Shown piece after piece: positions 17,764 to 22,124 of a DNA stretch of 22,124 nt. How positions within the stretch are numbered: the stretch's first letter is position 1; the number at the start of each line of letters is the position of its first letter. Both the position numbers and the translations under genes were made by a program. The DNA comes from Octopus sinensis (lineage: Eukaryota), in NCBI RefSeq assembly GCF_006345805.1, contig NW_021836905.1, positions 1 to 22,124 on the forward strand, given 5' to 3'. The notes beneath the pieces were generated by a model. The model was not told the origin of the DNA and did not search any database. It was given only the letters and a program-made list of their open reading frames with translations.

Positions 17764-18740
17764 TGTTACGAGGGGACCTCCGTCGGACGAAAGCTGTTAC
17801 GGAATCCCTCACACAGGCCCGTTCGATGCAGCGAATGTTCGCCACGGAAACTCGGAGAGGAGAGAGACAGACAACAACAGCAGCAGCACAGAGATACAGC
17901 GGAGGCAATCGAGAGAGATACAAAGAGGCAAGGCACAACTGGCTTACATTAATAACTAGTTTATGACAATCATTACAACATCAAATACAATGTAAAATAC
18001 ATCAGATACATTTAAGAGAGGACATGCAAGTAACAACTCAGTACATCATACAGGTATACCACAGATCAAAGCATTTAAACTGTCCGGTAACAACACATCA
18101 AATTCAATAACAACAGCATTTCAAGAGTACACGTCCGGAGACAACAGTTCTGTTTCAAATCACATTAAAGGCATATACAATGTTCATAGACAAATAAGTT
18201 CAGAGTTCTTTTACATTTCGATACATCGATTCTTTTCCCTTCTTTTTCTTCACATATCAATACAACAATTCACGTTACAATTCACAACACGTACCGTACA
18301 TTAGCCAATGTCTCATATTGTAGTTCCTCTCTATCAGCCGCATATTCCTCTGTATATCTCTCTCTCTGTCCCAATACTCCAAAACCGCTGACTGCTTGCC
18401 CTGAATTCCAAATACCGACTCCTAAATCCAACTGCTCGCCTTGACTTCCAAAAACCGACTGCCCAAAACCTCTTGCTCTGTCACTACCCTCAATCTCTCT
18501 CTTTCGCCGCTCAGATTCCTTAATCTGTCTTCCTCACTACTTTCTTCCTCCTCTTCTTCACTGTCTCTCACACACTGAACTGCTTACTTAAGGGGGCAGC
18601 CCTCCAAATGAACCCTAATTCACCCGAAGGGGTCGGGGAATCTCCCCAGAGCTAATTAATCAACCCGAATCTGGCAGAACAATGGACTCATTCCAAAGTA
18701 GGTCGCAGCCAACTGTCCTTAGATTGAACCATTCATAGCA
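17764..18740. mobile_element. Probable solo LTR (~977 bp), Gypsy-like
   Basis: Starts TGTTACG and ends CATAGCA (TG...CA, imperfect 7-bp inverted termini). ATAT on both flanks (17760-17763, 18741-18744). No ORF. Orientation uncertain; the TSD is weak evidence because the flanks are TA repeats. Confidence 0.6.
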
Positions 18741-18926
18741 ATATATATATAGATACATACATACATACAATCATACATACATACATACATACATACATAC
18801 ATGCATACATGCATACATGACTACATACATACATACATACATACAATCATACAATCATACATACATACATACATATATACATACATACATACGTTCATAC
18901 ATACGTCCATACATACATACATACTT
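18741..18926. repeat. (TA)n/(TACA)n microsatellite
   Basis: Directly visible. Confidence 0.95.
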
Positions 18927-19081
18927 ATATAGCGTGATGCTAGTCATCAGCCATCTGTGGCTAACGACTAGCATCACACTTGAAACTCATGAGTACCAAC
19001 GAATTTGAATTAAACTGTTTTGATCCACACATTTAACTCCCAATAAATTCGCTGAGTGCCCTTCTTTTGTTTGTCCACTCA

Positions 19082-19083
<2 letters not shown>

Positions 19084-19118
<35 letters not shown>
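19084..19118. repeat. (GT)n microsatellite
   Basis: Directly visible. Confidence 0.95.
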
Positions 19119-19122
<4 letters not shown>

Positions 19123-19393
19123 TCTCAAGCATAAGCCAATGAGACTATTATTATCATAAAACCATTTCGTTTTCAGTCTATCCCGAGGTCTCCCACCAGT
19201 TGGCTCGGCTCCAAAAACCCGTTTTGTGATTCTTTTATTGTGGTAATAAAATTTAATTAAATTGTCTTGGAATTCTGACAATTCGTACTTTTTTTCCCGA
19301 AAACAAATTGCCGTTGACGTGTAAAGCTTTCATTGGCTGAAAATAAAATTTTAAAAAAACTATCTCGAGAACATTGACATCAATATACATACC

Positions 19394-19980
19394 TATTTCT
19401 TTACTACCCACAAAGGGATAAACAAGAACAGACAAAAGGAGTAAGTCGATTATATCAACCCCAGTGCATAACTGGTACTTATTTAATCGACTCCGGAAGG
19501 ATGAAAGGCAAAGTCGACTTCGGCGGAATTTGAACTCAGAACGTAACGGCAGACGAAATACCTATTTCTTTACTACCCACAAGGGGCTAAACATAGAGGG
19601 GACAAACAAGGACAGACAAACGGATTAAGTCGATTATATCGACCCCAGTGCGTAACTGGTACTTATTTAATCGACCCCGAAAGGATGAAAGGCAAAGTCG
19701 ACCTCTGCTGAATTTGAACTCAGAACGTAAAGACAGACGAAATACCTATTCCTTTACTGTCCACAAGGGGCTACCCACGGAGGGGACAAACAAGGACAGA
19801 CAAAGGGATTAAGTCGATTATATCGACCCCAGTGCGTAACTGGTACTTAATTTATCGATCCCCGAAAGGATGAAAGGCAAAGTCGACCTCGGCGGAATTT
19901 GAACTCAGAACGTAGCGGCAGACGAAATACGGCTACGCATTTCGCCCGGCGTGCTAACGTTTCTGCCAGCTCGCAACCTT
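19394..19980 (-). mobile_element. SINE family B: head plus three units, perfect 22-bp TSD
   Basis: CATTGACATCAATATACATACC at 19372-19393 and 19981-20002. Three GAACTCAGAACG B-box segments. Confidence 0.96.
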
Positions 19981-20130
19981 CATTGACATCAATATACATA
20001 CCGCGTGGACTTAAAGATGTTTAGGAGATACGTTTATGCAAATTATTAGCAAGTGTGTATGTGTGGGCGGTGTAACGTAGCATGTAACGTTGGGACAGGA
20101 CATACCAGCAGATGGTTCTTAAACCATTTA

Positions 20131-20195
20131 GCAAATAGTCGTAGTGCCACGCAGCGGGACTGAACCCGGAACCATGTGGTTAGGAACAAGCTTCT
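20131..20195 (-). mobile_element. SINE family A head fragment
   Basis: GTGCCACGCAGCGGGACTGAACCCGGAACCATGTGGTT is the reverse complement of the family A B-box region. Confidence 0.75.
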
Positions 20196-20270
20196 TGTTT
20201 GAATAAACTCCTAAACTCTCTCCTGATTTAAGACAGGATTCGTATATTATACCTTTTTTGCCGGGAAAGC

Positions 20271-20382
20271 ACATATATATATATATATATATATATATAG
20301 ATATATATATTAATTAGATATTAGATAGATAGATAGATAGATAGATGATAGATAGATAGATAGATAGATAGATATAGATATA
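20271..20382. repeat. (TA)n/(GATA)n microsatellite
   Basis: Directly visible. Confidence 0.95.
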
Positions 20383-20685
20383 TCTTTATATATAAAATTG
20401 AAGTTGTGTGAGAGTCTGTCTACTCCGATTTAGATTCCTAACTACTCCCACATTTTGTGGTGCAGCTTAACCAAAAGCGGGTATCTTATAGTCGTAGTTC
20501 ATATCGAGCCCTTCTGGGTATTATCGAGTATCTACGATGAGTCTACTATTTAAAAAATAATTTACCATGATTTTTCCGCATTTTTAATGCATTTTTCGCT
20601 CGGTTATAAAGGGAAGTAACTCTCTAAAAATGCTTATATAGTTATTTCCCTTACAAACCCGAGCAACGGCGGGCGGTACTGCTAG
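20383..20685 (+). mobile_element. Non-autonomous Helitron, 303 bp
   Basis: A|TCTTTATATATAAAATTGAAGTTG ... CCCGAGCAACGGCGGGCGGTACTG-CTAG|T; homologous to 21069-21676. Confidence 0.9.
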
Positions 20686-20733
<48 letters not shown>

Positions 20734-21068
20734 TATAATATATATATTATATATATAATACATCAAAGAACTTATCTCATCCAAAAAAAGAAAAGAAAAG
20801 AAAACGAAAGATAGAACGTTACTCCACACATTTGGGCGGTCTCCCCGAGACCTGTACAGTCCGCTCTTTGCTAAGTGCAGACTCGCTGGCGAAATTTCTA
20901 GGTGGTGAATTTCCGTTTAGTCACACAAAAACTCAACATGGATCAAACGTTGAAGATGTGGCTTTTTTTTAATGCCTCTTTTATGTCGTTCTTTCAGGAG
21001 TTCAGATGAGCTTCATTCCCTGATCCCACCAAGGCAAGAATTCCAACATAATCTAGGTTTATACCATA

Positions 21069-21369
21069 CTAGCAGTATCGCCCGGCGTTGCTCGGGTTTG
21101 TAAGGGAAATAACTATATAAGCATTTTTTGAGAGTTACTTCCCTTATACAACCCGAGCAAAAATCATTAAAAATGCGGAAAAATTATGGTAATTTTTTTT
21201 TTTGAAAACGTAGACTCATCGTAGACGCGCGCTAATACCCAGAAGGGCTCGATATGAATGACGACTATAAGATACCCGCTTTTGGTTAAACTGCACCGCA
21301 AAATGTGGGAGTAGTTAGGAATCTAAATCGGAGGAGACAGACACACAACCTCACTTTTATATATAAAGA
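21069..21369 (-). mobile_element. Non-autonomous Helitron, dimer unit A
   Basis: Minus-strand TC start at 21369; hairpin plus CTAG end at 21069, followed by T. Confidence 0.92.
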
Positions 21370-21676
21370 CTAGCAGTATCGCCCGGCGTTGCTCGGGTTT
21401 GTAAGGGAAATAACTATATAAGCATTTTTGGAGAGTTACTTCCCTTATATAACCCGAGCAAAAATCATTAAAAATGCGGAAAAATGATGGTAATTTTTTC
21501 TTTAAAACGTAGACTCATCGTAGACGCGCGCTAATACCCAGAAGGGCTCGATATGAATCACGACTATAAGATACCCGGTTTTGGTTAAACTGCACCGCAA
21601 AATGTGGGAGTAGTTAGGAATCTAAATCGGAGGAGACAGAGTCTCACACACACAACTTCAATTTTATAAATAAAGA
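21370..21676 (-). mobile_element. Non-autonomous Helitron, dimer unit B
   Basis: Minus-strand A|TC start at 21676; its CTAG end abuts the TC of unit A with no spacer. Confidence 0.92.
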
Positions 21677-22006
21677 TTTATCGAATCCCCTTCCTGCTTC
21701 CTTGGCATCGAAATGATATGCTACAAGTTTCGTGCACAAGGCGTAATTTATCTTTTTGGATTTTCTGAACAACTTAATAAACTCTTTCCTCGTTATTTTC
21801 TTGCGGATTATAAGCTTAATCTCTTTAAATTCGGAGTTAAGTGCTAAATCTAATCTTTTTATTGTGTTTTTATTACCTTTTCATTTTATTTTTTTTATTA
21901 GGTCTTTTATTAACTCAGTTCCATTATTTCTATGCCATCGGTTCTTTTATCAATTATGGTTATCCTTCCTTTGCTTTCATAATCATGAATGTATATTTAG
22001 AGCGTT

Positions 22007-22124
22007 GGAGGCGCAATGGCCCAGTGGTTAGGGCAGCGGACTCGCGGTCGTAGGAACGCGGTTTCGATTCCCAGACCGGCGCTTGTGAGTGTTATTGAGC
22101 GAAAACACCTAAAGCTCCACGAGG
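22007..22124 (+). mobile_element. SINE family C 5' end (runs off the window)
   Basis: Homologous to 7969-8090. Confidence 0.9.

Larger units (their letters stand above)
20945..21880 (-). pseudogene. Relic reading frame split by the Helitron dimer, possibly the post-RT region of a non-LTR retrotransposon
   Basis: 21880-21677 gives KGNKNTIKRLDLAL..INYALCTKLVAYHFDAKEAGRGFDK. Removing 21069-21676 continues in frame with YGINLDYVGILALVGSGNEAHLNS*. KEAGRGF resembles the K.GGRGL motif. Confidence 0.35.

Noticed and set aside
19394-19980. CRISPR-like or satellite call for the regularly spaced family B units
   Set aside because: Whole ~184-bp units repeat with no unique spacers, the context is eukaryotic, and TSDs flank the arrays.

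Overview
AT-rich animal genomic DNA dense in microsatellites and transposable elements. The SINE families look like those of octopus/coleoid cephalopods; this is recognition from memory and needs a repeat-library search. No intact protein-coding ORF is present. Nearly all long ORFs in the track are translations of simple repeats. The window holds four tRNA-headed SINE families, Penelope-like (GIY-YIG) retroelement relics, degraded LINE fragments, a mariner transposase fragment, non-autonomous Helitrons, a probable solo LTR and a fold-back element. The best host-gene signal is a minus-strand TATA + Inr + first-ATG + GTAAGT donor island at 14895-15048. Most notable: a Penelope-type minimal hammerhead ribozyme motif with a U4C variant; a SINE that moves as head + 1-3 tandem ~184-bp units with 14-22-bp TSDs; a gap-free head-to-tail Helitron dimer interrupting an older reading frame; and a 42-bp near-perfect hairpin.
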